Assembly (NCBI GenBank): GCA_963816145.1
Contig: CAWFJP010000030.1
Span: 448,001 to 512,000, forward strand
Direction of reading: 5' to 3'
Length of the DNA stretch: 64,000 bases
DNA from: an uncultured delta proteobacterium
Lineage (GTDB): Bacteria; Desulfobacterota; Binatia; UBA9968
Positions 62,425-64,000 of the stretch are shown here, piece after piece; positions within the stretch are counted from its first letter, which is position 1; every line of letters begins with the position of its first letter. A program made the translations under genes and the position numbers. Below the pieces are notes generated by a model. The model worked only from the letters and a program-made list of their open reading frames with translations. It had not been told where the DNA came from and did not search any database.

Positions 62425-62906
62425 ACGGTAAAACCTTTGAAGATTTCCACGCCGGCGAGCGCTACAGCACCGGCCGGCGCACCATCACCGAGCACGACAT
62501 TTTGACCTTTGTGAATCTCGTCGGGCTCACCGAACCGCTGTTTTTGGATATGGAATACATTCGCAACGATAGTTTGTATGGTGAGCGTATCGCGCCGGGC
62601 AGTCTCACTTTCGGCATGGCCGAGGGACTGACTGTGCAGACCGGTTTGATTCACGGCACCGGCATGGCGTTCGCCGGACTCGATAAAATGCGCTTGTTCG
62701 GCCCGGTCAAAGTCAACGACACCATCCAAGTGGAGATCGAAGTGCTCGATAGCAAACCCGTGCCCGCCCGCGGCGGCGGCATCGTCCGCTACCGTCATTG
62801 GGTCAAGAATCAACGCGGTGAAACCATCATGGAGTACGATGTTGCGCGGCTGATCCGCGGCAGGGAGGACAGCGGAAATCAGAAGTCAGAAGTCGGCGGT
62901 CAGTAG
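62421..62906 (+). CDS. MaoC-like dehydratase
   Basis: FEDF, RRTITE, RIAPG, PVKVNDT, NQRGE. Confidence 0.88.
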   Translation: MNGKTFEDFHAGERYSTGRRTITEHDILTFVNLVGLTEPLFLDMEYIRNDSLYGERIAPGSLTFGMAEGLTVQTGLIHGTGMAFAGLDKMRLFGPVKVNDTIQVEIEVLDSKPVPARGGGIVRYRHWVKNQRGETIMEYDVARLIRGREDSGNQKSEVGGQ

Positions 62907-62955
62907 CCGGAATTCAGAAGGTCCGAGACTTCTGACTTCTGACTTCTGATTTCTG
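62879..62955. repeat. Inverted heptamer array (TCAGAAG / TTCTGAC)
   Basis: Read directly; overlaps the MaoC 3' end. Confidence 0.8.
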
Positions 62956-62998
62956 GCCAACCGCTAGCAACGCAAAAACCTTAGCAAGCGAGAATAAG

Positions 62999-63958
62999 AT
63001 GACTACAGCAAAAATAAACTTCGGCGTGCTATTGCCCACCCGTGAAGCGATCATGTCGGCACGCGCCGATCCGTCGGGCCTGTACCGGATCGCCGAGCGC
63101 GCCGAGGCGTTGGGCTTTCACTCTGTGTGGGTCGGTGATAGTTTGACCGCCCGGCCGCGCATTGATGCGCTGACGACTCTCGCTGCCATCGGCGCGCGCA
63201 CCCAGCGCGTGCGCTTGGGCACGGCGATATTTCTCGCCGCCTTGCGACACCCGATCCTACTCGCCTATCAGCTCGCCAGCCTCGACTGGATAACCGGCGG
63301 TCGTGTTGATCTAGGCGTCGGCTACGGCCGGCCCAAGGAGCCGGCGGCGGAGCATGAATTCGAAATATTAGGCCTCGATCCCAGCGCGCGCATGAAGATG
63401 AGCGAAGAGCTGGTCCAAGTGATGCGCCGTCTCTGGCGCGAGAACGACGTTAGCCATGACGGCAAGTTCAGCCGCTTCGAGCATGTGACCATCGAGCCCA
63501 AACCGATTCAGCCCGGTGGCGTGCCGATCTGGCTGGCGTCGAATAATGTCGAGCCCGGTTTGAAGCGCGTCGCGCGGCTCGCCGACGCCTGGATCAACAA
63601 CATCAAAAGCCCGGATTTATTCGGCGAGTGTTGGCAGAAGATTCAAGACTACGCCGCTGCCGCCGGCCGCAAACCCGAATCGATCCAATCAGGAATTTAT
63701 TTCACCCTAGCGGCAGGCGGCAAAGAGGCGGTGATCGAGGGGCAACAGTTCTTGGCGCAATACTATAATCGGTCGTATGAAGCGGTGGCCAACGCCATGC
63801 TCTGCGTGACCGGTTCCTGGGACGAAGTGATCGATTGGACCGAGAAATATATCGAGGCCGGCGCCCGCACCGTAGTCCTACGCTTCGCCGCCAACGACCA
63901 ACTCCGCACTCTCGAAACCTGCGCCGAAACGCTCCATCGCCGCGGTCTGCTCGGATGA
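62999..63958 (+). CDS. LLM-class flavin-dependent oxidoreductase
   Basis: AEALGFHSVWVGD, RVRLGTA, GRVDLGVG, PKPIQ. Confidence 0.9.
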   Translation: MTTAKINFGVLLPTREAIMSARADPSGLYRIAERAEALGFHSVWVGDSLTARPRIDALTTLAAIGARTQRVRLGTAIFLAALRHPILLAYQLASLDWITGGRVDLGVGYGRPKEPAAEHEFEILGLDPSARMKMSEELVQVMRRLWRENDVSHDGKFSRFEHVTIEPKPIQPGGVPIWLASNNVEPGLKRVARLADAWINNIKSPDLFGECWQKIQDYAAAAGRKPESIQSGIYFTLAAGGKEAVIEGQQFLAQYYNRSYEAVANAMLCVTGSWDEVIDWTEKYIEAGARTVVLRFAANDQLRTLETCAETLHRRGLLG

Positions 63959-63993
63959 TTGGAACCACTGGAACGATTGGAACCTTTGGAACC
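63958..63993. repeat. Family A 9-mer array
   Basis: TGGAAC x4 at 9-nt spacing. Confidence 0.8.
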
Positions 63994-64000
63994 ACGCGCC

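Overview
GC-rich bacterial chromosomal segment. The many orphan SsuA/THI5-like binding proteins, LLM and amidohydrolase genes and several intergenic repeat families resemble uncultured deltaproteobacterial-type lineages such as Ca. Binatia; this placement is inference only. Two regimes are visible. (1) About 3.7-30.4 kb is a K+/cation-homeostasis block. It holds kdp(G)FABC followed by a degenerate P-II, a porin and a canonical P-II. Its sensor is split into soluble KdpD-Usp, a KinB-like histidine kinase and an AlgB-like sigma-54 activator, with no KdpE. It also encodes three paralogous REC-TPR proteins, a CPA1 antiporter, a Usp, a CMK-like-BON protein, a yajC-less secDF pair, a second kdpC-kdpA pair without kdpB and with an altered selectivity filter, and a KimA-like importer. 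Shared sigma-54 promoters and paired TTGCA-N3-TGCAA upstream sites tie parts of it together. The block lacks the intergenic repeats seen elsewhere and carries about 12 frameshifts, probably sequencing errors. (2) About 30.5-64 kb is catabolic: a pcaDCHGB cluster with a CoA ligase, a UGA-containing DsbA/FrnE selenoprotein candidate missed by the ORF track, seven orphan ABC binding proteins plus two relics, an orphan A-T NRPS-like gene, and many REP-like and tandem inverted repeats. No rRNA, tRNA, CRISPR array, integrase or transposase was recognised.
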